Assembly (NCBI GenBank): GCA_000091205.1
Contig: AP006491.2
Length of the DNA: 64,000 nt
Direction: 5' to 3' (one strand)
Origin: Cyanidioschyzon merolae
Taxonomy: Eukaryota
The first letter of the stretch is position 1, and every line of letters begins with the position of its first letter. This document shows, in pieces, positions 9,731-20,544 of this stretch. The notes under the pieces are model-generated. The model had not been told where the DNA came from and made no database searches. It saw only the letters and a program-made list of their open reading frames with translations. The translations under genes and the position numbers were made by a program.

Positions 9731-12370
9731 GCTATGTTCCCGAACTCACGACTATACTCGAAAGTTCGTGCCACTCACCGTTACCGCAAACGACGGCCTT
9801 GGCGGGCTTTTACCGCTATCGCTTCCATTTCCCCTCTCGCCTCTGGCTTTGAATACGCCGGTTGCTCATGTCTCTCCAGCCCCATGGTCACCAGCCGAAG
9901 GATACTGATCGTAGCGTTGAAGTCTCTGTTTCGCGGCTTCTCGCTGTTGTAGACCCGTTTTATGCACTGGCGCGAGTCACGATCTGAGCTTCGTTTACCA
10001 TTTGCATCCTCTTTCTGCACGGCCTCGGGGTGCACTCCCCAGCCGTTACACTTGGACCTGGTCAGGTGTTCCCATGTGCATCCACCAGTCCTCCACCGCC
10101 TCTGAGCGCCACTGTGTGGCGCGTAAACGCTTGACCCATCCCTCGGTACATGCGCTTTACCGTTCCGGAAGGCTCCGCCCGATGCCGTCCTCCGTTTCCG
10201 CGCGCTGCGCCATGCCCAATGATCACAGGCCTCTCCCGGGTGATTTCCTCAGCGAGTACTCTGTTCGCTGCACATTTGTGTGCGCGCTGTCGGATTCGAG
10301 TACTCGGACCCCGCCTCCTTGCCCGCTCTTCGTTTTTCTGCCAATTCTTCGCACAAAAAGTGCCGATGAGCTTGACGCGAATCGAGACACCTTGCCAACT
10401 CGTGGGTGTCGAGCCCGCATGTACTGTTTATTAGCGACGATGCGGCCAAGACGTCTGAGACTCACGCCGGGCTCGCTCGCAGGCGGCAGGCCTATCTTCG
10501 CCTCGGCGCCCTCGTATTTGAGGAATATTCGACCAAGGTTTAGAAACTGGCTGCTGATACCGGTTGCTCCCAGAAGCAGCGTCCGGGGTCGTCGTCGACG
10601 TCTCGCTGACCGTGATGTCCACGACATTCAGCACCAAAGAGTCGAAGGAGTGCTCAGAAACGAGGACCCGGAATCTCCAACATACCTATGAGTTCGTAGA
10701 ACATTACTGATGCGCTTCGAATGCCGAAGCTGTACGTCTGAACAAAAGTTCAGAAGCAAATCGAACGACGGCCACAGAGAAAGCAGTTTAGTGTTCTCTT
10801 TATAAATCTGACATGGACTAATGGTCTATAAACTCAACTGTATTCCTGCCGCACTGTGTATGATCGAATGCTGTTTGCGGTCTAGGGCGGGGGCCAGAAA
10901 TCACGATGCCATGTACCCGATAGATCGTAGGCGAATCGCCTGTGCGATACATATTCTTTCCTGAACAGTGCATGGAGGACTGCGTTCCTCCTCCAGGTCG
11001 GTCGTACAACAGTACTCAGATGGTTGACGAACACTGACCGAAAGAAGTAGATGCACTCTGCGTCAAACATCGATATTCTCAGAGAATGCGCGCGATCAAC
11101 GGTAGAAAACGGCCCGCTGACCACCTTTTACGAAAGACAAATGCGAAAATAGTAGTCGCTACGCGCGTCCCTGTTCCTTAAAAGCGTGTTCGAGTGGTCC
11201 TGAATACACGGGGTACAGTCGCAAAAAGAAAGTCTCAGTTCGTGCACGGCCATTTCCCACCGAGGTCACAGCTACTTCAGCGTTCGTGGAACGCCACTAT
11301 CCGTATGGAGCACAGGGACCGGGACACGGACGTCGGTTTGCTTGTTCAGTCGATGAAACTTGCTTCGGACGAGGCGGCCGGAGCGTAAATGGGTATTCGC
11401 GGACAGTGCACCCGCTGGATGTACGATCGAGCTCGAAGAGAGCGAGGATGTCATCATCTGCTCCAGACGGAGTGGACTTTATTTGCGGCCTCAGATTCAC
11501 TAGTGGAGAAGGCTCATCGACCAACACCAGCCACTTGATCGAATCATGGAAGATTTCGCCCCGACGTCGGGCGACGTCCTTCTGCTGGACACCGTGGCAT
11601 TTCACCATCCCCCTTGCGTTCGGGCTTTTGCCGATCCTGTCGAGGTATAGTGCTGCTTTTCATTCCTCTGTGCTCTACTTGATTCAACCTCATCAAAAGA
11701 ATGTTTTCCATTGTGAAACGTATGATGTCGCTCCAGTGGGGTCATCGCTGAAGCTTCCGGCACACGTTGACACACGGGCGCATGGTGTCTTACTTTCGCG
11801 AGTCCTAGCTTTTGCGGGAAGGTCCTCACCTAAACGAATGAACAATCGCTATGATTTTGAAGAAACAGAGAATCCAAGGGAATGGTATGGATGTGGAAGT
11901 CGGGGATCCTGAGTTCCGTCATTGCTGGATTCGACGCAGCCAGAACGAAAAATGCCTCTTCTCGCCGACCATCGAGCGAAGAAGAGCAAGTGGCGAAGAA
12001 GGAGAAGAACGGAGATAGGCGAGGGACGGTGTTTGTCGAGTGGAACGATGACGAGACTGTAGCGGAACAGAGGGCACGAGTACTAAGAACCGTCGGTGTG
12101 ATGAGATCAGGGATCGGCAGTAAACGCATGGAGCTCGTAAGCCGAGACTTGAACGCTGCTACCAATATCAGACGATGCGTTGTGCTGGAGACGAGACCCG
12201 AGCAGCTGACACGATCCAACGCTATGCGGCAACTGCTGAGGCTCGAAGTGTACGTGAATCAACTGGAACCGATTGCAGGCGGCGGGTCAAAAAAGGCTGG
12301 GAGGCGTCCGCATGTGGGTATATATTTACCCTCAATGGCCGGGAAGCATGTCTCGTTTTACTGAATATAG
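9731..12370 (+). mobile_element. Family-B element copy B1 (about 2.6 kb): degenerate TnpB/Fanzor-like OMEGA transposon relic. Left terminus ATGTTCCCGAAC...; right end about 12355-12380.
   Basis: More than 99% identical to B2 (15935-18491, inverted) and B3 (23260-24808, inverted). All six-frame ORFs are duplicated between copies. Carries the RuvC-III motif DLNAATNI about 200 bp from the right end and a subterminal hairpin GGGTATATATTTACCC at 12316-12331. Confidence 0.8.
11286..12364 (+). pseudogene. frameshifted TnpB/Fanzor-like RuvC nuclease relic: RuvC-I-like GVDFICGL (about 11469), RuvC-II-like VFVEWND (about 12038), RuvC-III DLNAATNI (12146-12169); no zinc finger
   Basis: ORF 11882..12364 encodes ...SKRMELVSRDLNAATNIRRCVV, matching the TnpB/Fanzor C-terminal consensus D-x-NAA-x-NI-(L/R)RRG. 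An upstream ORF in a different frame has a GVDxxxGL RuvC-I-like motif about 190 aa before the RuvC-II-like E. Motif order and spacing fit the family, but the frame is broken and the CxxC...CxxC finger is missing. Confidence 0.6.
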
Positions 12371-12709
12371 TGTTGGACCGCAGGCCATACTATTACCCTC
12401 TGTGAAGACGAACATCCCACTTCTGGGTTTCACTCGAGCGGAGCGAATGCTTCCCGCTCGGGGCATGCATCGGCACGTACTCCATGCAGCGCGTTGCGCA
12501 GCCGTCGTAGCACTGGCGCGCAGCTCGTTGGATTGTGAACTGGACATCGGGGCGCTGCGCGCTGCGCGCCAGTGTCCAATCTCCGGTAGCATGATGATCG
12601 CTGGATGCGTCCAGGCCAGGCGAGCGTGCTCATCTCCGTACGTGCGCAGGCGTGTGTGTCTGGATGTGCGTACATACTTTTTGCTGGAACGCCGGTTATT
12701 AAAGGCCGC

Positions 12710-15016
12710 ATGTCTGCTGCAGGTTTCCCTAGAGTTTCGACGGCACTTTCCGCCGCGCTGAGGTCTAGGGGAGCACAACGCTGTGGAAGAGTATGGTGGG
12801 CGAGGGCGCCATCGCAGAGCTTGCGGGTTCTGCTTCGGAACTACACACCAAGTCTGGGTTCTTTCGGGCTACGGCGGCAGCTTTATCGTCTGGAGCGAGA
12901 AGCAGACTTGTACCCTGAAGATTGGAGAAAGCAGATGATACTCTTAGAACAGCTAAACCGAGAAGGATCTGTTCAAAGTGCCGAGAAAGTTATTCAACGC
13001 ATCGAATCCGGGAGGTATGCTCTCGGAGAAGAGGCAAAGTACGAGTACATCAAAGCCCTTGTACGAGTTGGAAAACTGGAGGAGCGGTCGAAAACTGGCG
13101 GTGGCCTCGAGTCCGTGTTGCGAAATATTCCAGGCTCTGGAAGTGTCCTTTCTCGAACTGGGAATAGTTCGGAAAGTGGTCGCCTTCCCAGAGGCGCTGC
13201 CGAGCCTCCGACTGCCGCGCGCTACACAGACAACTTTAACAGTCCTCTCCAAATGTATGCCGGTGAAGGCACGCACCCAACGAGCGCCGGTGCGACAGCT
13301 CCCTCCTCAGCGCGAGCGTTGATGGGAGGTGCCTCCGGCGGAGCGTCCGGCAGCACCGAGGAACCGCTTGTCGTCACCCTTGCTGAGCCTACCTTCAGGA
13401 CGCAACTGTGGAAAACGATCCGCACGCTTGGCACTGTATTTCTGCTAATGTCAGGAGTTGGTGCAGTTATGGAGGAGCGGGGCCTATCCCGAGGAATCAG
13501 TATGCAGCAAGAGGTGCTACCCGAAGAAGGCAACAAAAATCTGCGACGGTTCTCTGATGTGAAAGGCTGTGACGAGGCGAAGGATGAACTCATAGAGATA
13601 GTCGAGTATTTGAAGGCGCCACAGAAGTTTACGCGCCTCGGCGGAAAACTCCCCAAGGGCGTGCTTCTAGTCGGGCCACCTGGAACAGGCAAGACACTGT
13701 TGGCGAGAGCGATTGCGGGCGAGGCTGGCGTTCCGTTTTTCTACGCATCCGGCTCTGAATTTGAAGAAATGTTCGTAGGCGTCGGCGCTCGCCGCGTGCG
13801 GGAACTCTTTAACGCAGCTAAGAAGCGGGCTCCCTGTATCGTGTTCATTGACGAAATAGACGCAATAGGCGGCAAGCGGAACCCCAAAGATCAAATGTAT
13901 ATGAAAATGACCCTGAATCAGCTGCTTGTTGAGCTCGACGGATTTTCGTCCTCTGAGGGTATTATCGTGATCGGAGCTACGAACTTCCCGGAATCGCTCG
14001 ACAAGGCGTTGATTCGTCCGGGCAGATTCGATCGCCATGTTATCGTTCCGAACCCTGACGTTCGTGGACGAGAAGAGATCCTCACCCTTCACACCGAGAA
14101 GATTCCGCTTGCGGACGATGTGAATCTCGAAATACTTGCTCGGAGCACGCCTGGATTTTCTGGCGCAGATCTAGCGAATCTGGTGAACATGGCAGCTTTG
14201 AAGGCGGCCCGTGAAGGCGCTTCCCTCGTTACTATGGAGAACTTTGAGTTCGCCAAAGACAAGATAATCATGGGTGCCGAGAGACGCAGCGCAGTTATAT
14301 CAGAGGAAAACCGTCGTTTAACTGCTTACCACGAAAGCGGGCACGCGCTAGTCGCGCTCTTCACGGATGGCGCGCTGCCGGTGCATAAGGCAACCATTGT
14401 GCCGCGTGGCGTCGCTCTCGGCATGGTCGCGCAGCTCCCGGAAAAGGATATGACGTCTATGTCACGCAAACAGATGCTTGCTAAACTCGACGTGTGCATG
14501 GGCGGCAGAGCTGCTGAGGAACTGATTTTCGGACCTGAAAATGTCACGAATGGGGCGGAGTCTGATATAGAGCAGGCAACAGAGCTGGCAGAGGCAATGG
14601 TGACCCGCTTTGGTATGAGTCCCAAGCTGGGTAACATGGCTTACGACATTCAGAGGGAGGTATGTGGGGAGCTTCTGCACGTGGTGGAGAAGGAGGTCAA
14701 ACGATTTTTGGACGAAAGCTACCAGCGGGCAAAGCAAGTGCTGCTGACTCATGAAAAGGAACTCCATCGAGTGGCAGCGGCCCTACTGGAGAAAGAAACC
14801 TTGGGCCGGGAGGAGATCATTCGTATCGTGAGGGGCGATCCTCTCCGCGAGCAGTTGTCGGAGGAAACGACCGTGAAATCCGAAGAGGAGGCCGCCGACA
14901 CTGGCAGCCTGGCTGAAAACGTTGCAGCAAGAGCACGAGGCGCTGTCGCCGCAGCAGCGGCAAAAGCTGGCGTGCCTCGGCCTGGAAAAGTCCCGGCAAC
15001 AGCGAAAACGGCCTGA
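12710..15016 (+). CDS. ATP-dependent zinc metalloprotease FtsH, mitochondrial i-AAA YME1-like (768 aa from Met MSAAGF; ORF opens at 12605)
   Basis: N-terminal presequence-like stretch, a single TM ([15 protein letters not shown]), AAA Walker A GPPGTGKT, Walker [12 protein letters not shown] and SRH, zinc motif HESGHAL, and a YME1-type C-terminal helical domain. Confidence 0.92.
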   Translation: MSAAGFPRVSTALSAALRSRGAQRCGRVWWARAPSQSLRVLLRNYTPSLGSFGLRRQLYRLEREADLYPEDWRKQMILLEQLNREGSVQSAEKVIQRIESGRYALGEEAKYEYIKALVRVGKLEERSKTGGGLESVLRNIPGSGSVLSRTGNSSESGRLPRGAAEPPTAARYTDNFNSPLQMYAGEGTHPTSAGATAPSSARALMGGASGGASGSTEEPLVVTLAEPTFRTQLWKTIRTLGTVFLLMSGVGAVMEERGLSRGISMQQEVLPEEGNKNLRRFSDVKGCDEAKDELIEIVEYLKAPQKFTRLGGKLPKGVLLVGPPGTGKTLLARAIAGEAGVPFFYASGSEFEEMFVGVGARRVRELFNAAKKRAPCIVFIDEIDAIGGKRNPKDQMYMKMTLNQLLVELDGFSSSEGIIVIGATNFPESLDKALIRPGRFDRHVIVPNPDVRGREEILTLHTEKIPLADDVNLEILARSTPGFSGADLANLVNMAALKAAREGASLVTMENFEFAKDKIIMGAERRSAVISEENRRLTAYHESGHALVALFTDGALPVHKATIVPRGVALGMVAQLPEKDMTSMSRKQMLAKLDVCMGGRAAEELIFGPENVTNGAESDIEQATELAEAMVTRFGMSPKLGNMAYDIQREVCGELLHVVEKEVKRFLDESYQRAKQVLLTHEKELHRVAAALLEKETLGREEIIRIVRGDPLREQLSEETTVKSEEEAADTGSLAENVAARARGAVAAAAAKAGVPRPGKVPATAKTA

Positions 15017-15934
15017 GCATAGAGCTGAAGGTGCAAATGCGATTGCTTTGCACCTCATCAGCTGAGCAGAAGAGCAACCTGGATTCTGCGTCCGGCTTCG
15101 GTTTGTTTCCGGGAACCGTGTCCTGTACAGGTATGACGATGCTCAAAGGTACATGAACCCGAATCGCTATTTCGAATGTGTGCAAATGCAAGTCTCCTCT
15201 GGAAAATTTCGTTCTGGATATCTCAACAGGTCGCAATGACCGTTGATTCGACGTACACCTGTACGCCCAGAAGACAGGATGAAAAGGAATGGATCTAGAT
15301 CTATCCGGGTCCGAACTAAATGCACATAAAATCAAAAATCCCACGATGCTAGGTGCTGCATGTTTCAGCGCTGACGCATTCTCTCTATAGGTGATGATGC
15401 TCTTCGCGTCGGCGGGATTTGGTAAGCTTCTTAAGAGAGGTACGAGGCACCCAGTCACCACCAAAACCATACATGCGTCATCATTTTTGACGGAAAGTAG
15501 GAATTCGCTCCTCATCGGACACTACAAACGGGTTTTGAGTCGCCACCCGAGCAGTTCGTTCCACGCATGCAGTTCGCTTGCGGCATTTTGAGGTTGAAGC
15601 ACTCTTGGTCCAAGAAAAAGCGTTTCGATATCCTGTTCGCGGCTGAGGGACTTTACATTGTTACTGGAACGAATATGTCGGTTCACAAACCTGGATATAT
15701 TGTCGAAACACTTCAGTATAAACAATCCTCAGAAACGAGAAATTTCAGACGTCGTAGTGCAACGTTTTTACTGGCACTCGAGCATCGTCACAGAGCTTTT
15801 TTATTGCCTGCTTCGAGACCGGCCTTAGAGCCAATTTTGAAGTTTGCGGCATATACATATGTTAAGCAGAAAAAAAGATTCGCAATTGTGTGCGGTAAAA
15901 GAATATCCACTCGCAGAAGCTTATTATCCTTTTT

Positions 15935-17171
15935 TGACCCGCCGCCTGCAATCGGTTCCAGTTGATTCACGCACACTTCGAGCCTCAGCAGTTGCCACAT
16001 AGCGTTGGATCGTGTCAGCTGCTCGGGTCTCGTCTTCAGCACAACGCATCGTCTGATATTGGTAGCAGCGTTCAAGTCTCGGCTTACGAGCTCCATGCGT
16101 TTACTGCCGATCCCTGATCTCATCACACCGAGGGTTCTTAGTACTCGTGCCCTCTGTTCCGCTACAGTCTCGTCATCGTTCCACTCGACAAACACCGTCC
16201 CTCGCCTATCTCCTTCTTCTCCTTCTTCGCCACTTGCTCTTCTTCGCTCGATGGTCGGCGAGAGGAGGCATTTCTCGTTCTGGCTGCGTCGAATCCAGCA
16301 ATGACGGAACTCAGGATCCCCGACTTCCACATCCATACCATTCCCTTGGATTCTCTGTTTCTTCAAAATCATAGCGATTGTTCATTCGTTTAGGTGAGGA
16401 CCTTCCCGCAAAAGCTAGGACTCGCGAAAGTAAGACACCATGCGCCCGTGTGTCAACGTGTGCCGGAAGCTTCAGCGATGACCCCACTGGAGCGACATCA
16501 TACGTTTCACAATGGAAAACATTCTTTTGATGAGGTTGAATCAAGTAGAGCACAGAGGAATGAAAAGCAGCACTATACCTCGACAGGATCGGCAAAAGCC
16601 CGAACGCAAGGGGAATGGTGAAATGCCACGGTGTCCAGCAGAAGGACGTCGCCCGACGTCGGGGCGAAATCTTCCATGATTCGATCAAGTGGCTGCTGTT
16701 GGTCGATGAGCCTTCTCCACTAGTGAATCTGAGGCCGCAAATAAAGTCCACTCCGTCTGGAGCAGATGATGACATCCTCGCTCTCTTCGAGCTCGATCGT
16801 ACATCCAGCGGGTGCACTGTCCGCGAATACCCATTTACGCTCCGGCCGCCTCGTCCGAAGCAAGTTTCATCGACTGAACAAGCAAACCGACGTCCGTGTC
16901 CCGGTCCCTGTGCTCCATACGGATAGTGGCGTTCCACGAACGCTGAAGTAGCTGTGACCTCGGTGGGAAATGGCCGTGCACGAACTGAGACTTTCTTTTT
17001 GCGACTGTACCCCGTGTATTCAGGACCACTCGAACACGCTTTTAAGGAACAGGGACGCGCGTAGCGACTACTATTTTCGCATTTGTCTTTCGTAAAAGGT
17101 GTCAACGGGCCGTTTTCTACCGTTGATCGCGCGCATTCTCTGAGAATATCGATGTTTGACGCAGAGTGCAT
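15935..17171 (-). pseudogene. TnpB/Fanzor-like nuclease relic in B2 (RuvC-III DLNAATNI at 16078..16055)
   Basis: ORFs 16311..17171 and 15788..16372 reproduce the B1 relic with a few substitutions (TLGVMR, VVLKTRPEQ, AMWQLL, EVCVNQ). Confidence 0.6.
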
Positions 17172-18491
17172 CTACTTCTTTCGGCCAGTGTTCGTCAACC
17201 ATCTGAGTACTGTTGTACGACCGACCTGGAGGAGGAACGCAGTCCTCCATGCACTGTTCAGGAAAGAATATGTATCGCACAGGCGATTCGCCTACGATCT
17301 ATCGGGTACATGGCATCGTGATTTCTGGCCCCCGCCCTAGACCGCAAACAGCATTCGATCATACACAGTGCGGCAGGAATACAGTTGAGTTTATAGACCA
17401 TTAGTCCATGTCAGATTTATAAAGAGAACACTAAACTGCTTTCTCTGTGGCCGTCGTTCGATTTGCTTCTGAACTTTTGTTCAGACGTACAGCTTCGGCA
17501 TTCGAAGCGCATCAGTAATGTTCTACGAACTCATAGGTATGTTGGAGATTCCGGGTCCTCGTTTCTGAGCACTCCTTCGACTCTTTGGTGCTGAATGTCG
17601 TGGACATCACGGTCAGCGAGACGTCGACGACGACCCCGGACGCTGCTTCTGGGAGCAACCGGTATCAGCAGCCAGTTTCTAAACCTTGGTCGAATATTCC
17701 TCAAATACGAGGGCGCCGAGGCGAAGATAGGCCTGCCGCCTGCGAGCGAGCCCGGCGTGAGTCTCAGACGTCTTGGCCGCATCGTCGCTAATAAACAGTA
17801 CATGCGGGCTCGACACCCACGAGTTGGCAAGGTGTCTCGATTCGCGTCAAGCTCATCGGCACTTTTTGTGCGAAGAATTGGCAGAAAAACGAAGAGCGGG
17901 CAAGGAGGCGGGGTCCGAGTACTCGAATCCGACAGCGCGCACACAAATGTGCAGCGAACAGAGTACTCGCTGAGGAAATCACCCGGGAGAGGCCTGTGAT
18001 CATTGGGCATGGCGCAGCGCGCGGAAACGGAGGACGGCATCGGGCGGAGCCTTCCGGAACGGTAAAGCGCATGTACCGAGGGATGGGTCAAGCGTTTACG
18101 CGCCACACAGTGGCGCTCAGAGGCGGTGGAGGACTGGTGGATGCACATGGGAACACCTGACCAGGTCCAAGTGTAACGGCTGGGGAGTGCACCCCGAGGC
18201 CGTGCAGAAAGAGGATGCAAATGGTAAACGAAGCTCAGATCGTGACTCGCGCCAGTGCATAAAACGGGTCTACAACAGCGAGAAGCCGCGAAACAGAGAC
18301 TTCAACGCTACGATCAGTATCCTTCGGCTGGTGACCATGGGGCTGGAGAGACATGAGCAACCGGCGTATTCAAAGCCAGAGGCGAGAGGGGAAATGGAAG
18401 CGATAGCGGTAAAAGCCCGCCAAGGCCGTCGTTTGCGGTAACGGTGAGTGGCACGAACTTTCGAGTATAGTCGTGAGTTCGGGAACATAAT
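15935..18491 (-). mobile_element. Family-B element copy B2, inverted relative to B1. It lacks the last roughly 100 bp of the right end, including the subterminal hairpin.
   Basis: Collinear reverse-complement identity to B1 across 9731-12290. Similarity to B1/B3 starts at ...CTTTTTTGACCCGCC (15935). The left terminus ...CGGGAACAT at 18491 matches B1 9731. Confidence 0.85.
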
Positions 18492-19816
18492 CCTTTTTGT
18501 AGTTACCTGGGTCTAAAATCGAAGGCTTGAACGAGATGCCCTATGGATGCGCGGTAGCTGCTATCATCTTTGGAGGAGACGGCTTCCCTTTTCTAATCAT
18601 CACGACGTTACACAAGCTTGGGCCCATTTCTTTCGTCGAAAATGGGGCCTGGATCGTTCCAGCGATGGATCCGCGCAACGCGAAGGCACCAAAGACAGAA
18701 ATTAATGGTAAACTGCGAACGGGTATACTGGATTAATCTGCTGCCCGGGGGGTTCCGTGTAAATTACATAGCACGTACGCGTGGTGGGCCTCATGCTCAG
18801 TAACTTTCGCGAAACTTCTCTCGGGCGCGATGCGGTTTCCAATCAATACCCTCGAATCAGTATTGTTTCGAGTCGTGACGGATTGAAGCATCCCCTGCGC
18901 TTTTCCCCCGAGCGATCGCAAGCAATGATTCACGGAATTCCCTGGCAAGAGCTCCACGAGATGCTTTTTTGCTCTAGGAGCACATGGTGCCGGATTGAAT
19001 TACCTGAGACTTATCTTGGCATGGTAGCCCTACCCTCCAAGGTAGCTACTGTCAGCCAACTCAGATACTAAAAAGCGAGGCATCTCGTTCAGATATCTGC
19101 TCACGCGCGTCGAACCGGACTGTGGGGATTTCGTGAGCTTTCCTGGCGCGTTTACCTCAGCCATAGGCATTTGCTGTAGTCACTGGAACCGAGGGCACAC
19201 TCGAGGTCTCATGCAGAATATCGCTTGGCGCTGGTATATTACCAAATCATATGCAGAGAATTAATGATTTGAGCGTATTGCACAAAACCGCTGTTCAACG
19301 AAAGAGAGGAGATTCATTTCGTGTAAAGCGGGCGAACGGAGACTCTTAAAGCCGGAACGGGATCGACGACATCAGATTTGCACGCGCGCTTCGGGTCCGA
19401 AGCTGAACGTGCGCGACTCCCGACAAGAGGCCCCGTCCATTTTTTTACCTCTGGAAGATTTACACTGACTATGGATCTCCCGTGGCGCGATTTGTGTTTG
19501 CATCCGGAAAAACGATCATTTTTCCACACTATATCATCACGTCCTGTCGCCCGCCACCCACATTTTCCAGACAGAGACACCGTTCATATTGCTTCCTCAG
19601 TAGAGCACCAAACTGTTGTGAGTACCGAAATTAGCGCCTAAAATGCCAGGGTAGACGCCCCAACGAGACGGAACGGCTTTGCCTTACCCTCATGGGCATC
19701 GGCCTCAGAGGCCACGTCCATGAGCGGTCGCAATCGCCACTTATGTGGAGCGTAGCGCACGCTTGCTGCACGAATCCCGGACTTCTTACAAGTGTGGCGC
19801 ATGGAAAAGTTGGCAG

Positions 19817-20509
19817 TCACATTACTATCGCCCGTGAACTCCAAAATTCAACGGCTTGAAGGTACAACTGCCTGTCGAAAGGCACACTGCTACCACCTTC
19901 CGTCAGGATTGCGTTTCGCATAATAGTTATTGGTTGCATGGGAGTCTCATACGGTTCATCCTGCGCTTTAATGCTCACAACGCGCCACGGGGCAGGGTCC
20001 TCCGGTGGCTTTTCAGCCATCGCTAGCGCCTCTTTGATGCACTGCTCTCGGGAATACAGAATAATGTCAAGATAGCGAGCAACGGGCAAACTTTCGTAAC
20101 CACCGATTTTTTCAAGTGGAAAATATCGAATTAGTACCGGAACCTCTTTCTCTGTGCGGGCATCATATTTCGTCCTCAAAAGAATTTCGTTCTCGGGTGT
20201 TATCTTCCAAACTGAAACGCGTGCGTTTGTAAAGTTTGGGATGAACAAATGCTTACAGAAATCAGCGTACCCTTGTACGAGAGCAGGTTTGTCTCTGAAC
20301 TCTAGCTCTAGAGCGAGTCGTTCCCTGTAATACTCGTTCAGCTTATCCTCGAACAGCTGAGGTTCAAAGAATATTCTCGTCCCACTGTGAGCAGGGTTAT
20401 TAAACTGACGCAGAACGAAGCGATCGAGCTTAAGGAAACTAGAAGTTGCCATAGAAGCGTCAACGACGATCGGAAATGTGGCGTCCAGATGGCTCTGATT
20501 TACGGCCAT
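19817..20509 (-). CDS. conserved hypothetical protein (230 aa; start may be the internal Met at 20452)
   Basis: Clean ORF with a globular composition (FCKHLFIPNFTNARVSVWKITPEN, VPVLIRYFPLEKIGGYESLPVARYLDIILYSREQ). Sits head-to-head with P5CR. No family recognised. Confidence 0.45.
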   Translation of the reverse strand: MAVNQSHLDATFPIVVDASMATSSFLKLDRFVLRQFNNPAHSGTRIFFEPQLFEDKLNEYYRERLALELEFRDKPALVQGYADFCKHLFIPNFTNARVSVWKITPENEILLRTKYDARTEKEVPVLIRYFPLEKIGGYESLPVARYLDIILYSREQCIKEALAMAEKPPEDPAPWRVVSIKAQDEPYETPMQPITIMRNAILTEGGSSVPFDRQLYLQAVEFWSSRAIVM

Positions 20510-20544
20510 GGAAGATTGGAGTTCTCATTAGCCCGAAAGTCAAA

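Noticed and set aside
10002-10691. 229-aa ORF present identically in B1 (10002..10691) and B2 (17531..18220), plus many other perfectly duplicated ORFs in the repeats (e.g. 6559..7026 / 32245..32712 / 39872..40339)
   Set aside because: Duplication alone explains the identity. The sequences are Arg/Ser/Pro-rich low-complexity. Both strands are open simultaneously, as expected for GC-rich non-coding DNA. No motifs are present and B1-vs-B2 substitutions show no codon-position bias.
9725-12345. Possible 10-12-bp terminal inverted repeat of Family B (left ATGTTCCCGAAC vs right, reverse complement, ATGCTTCCCGGC)
   Set aside because: There is only one indel-containing 10-mer match, and the right-hand motif lies about 15-40 bp inside the apparent end. 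This is too weak to call without a multi-copy consensus. IS605-like elements would not be expected to have TIRs anyway.
12922-14767. Numerous 60-160-aa ORFs on the antisense or alternative frames inside FtsH, and likewise inside RPT1 (8434..9384), MutL (48447..49903) and the PFK gene
   Set aside because: Embedded in high-confidence CDSs on other frames. They are a typical by-product of low stop-codon density in GC-rich coding DNA.
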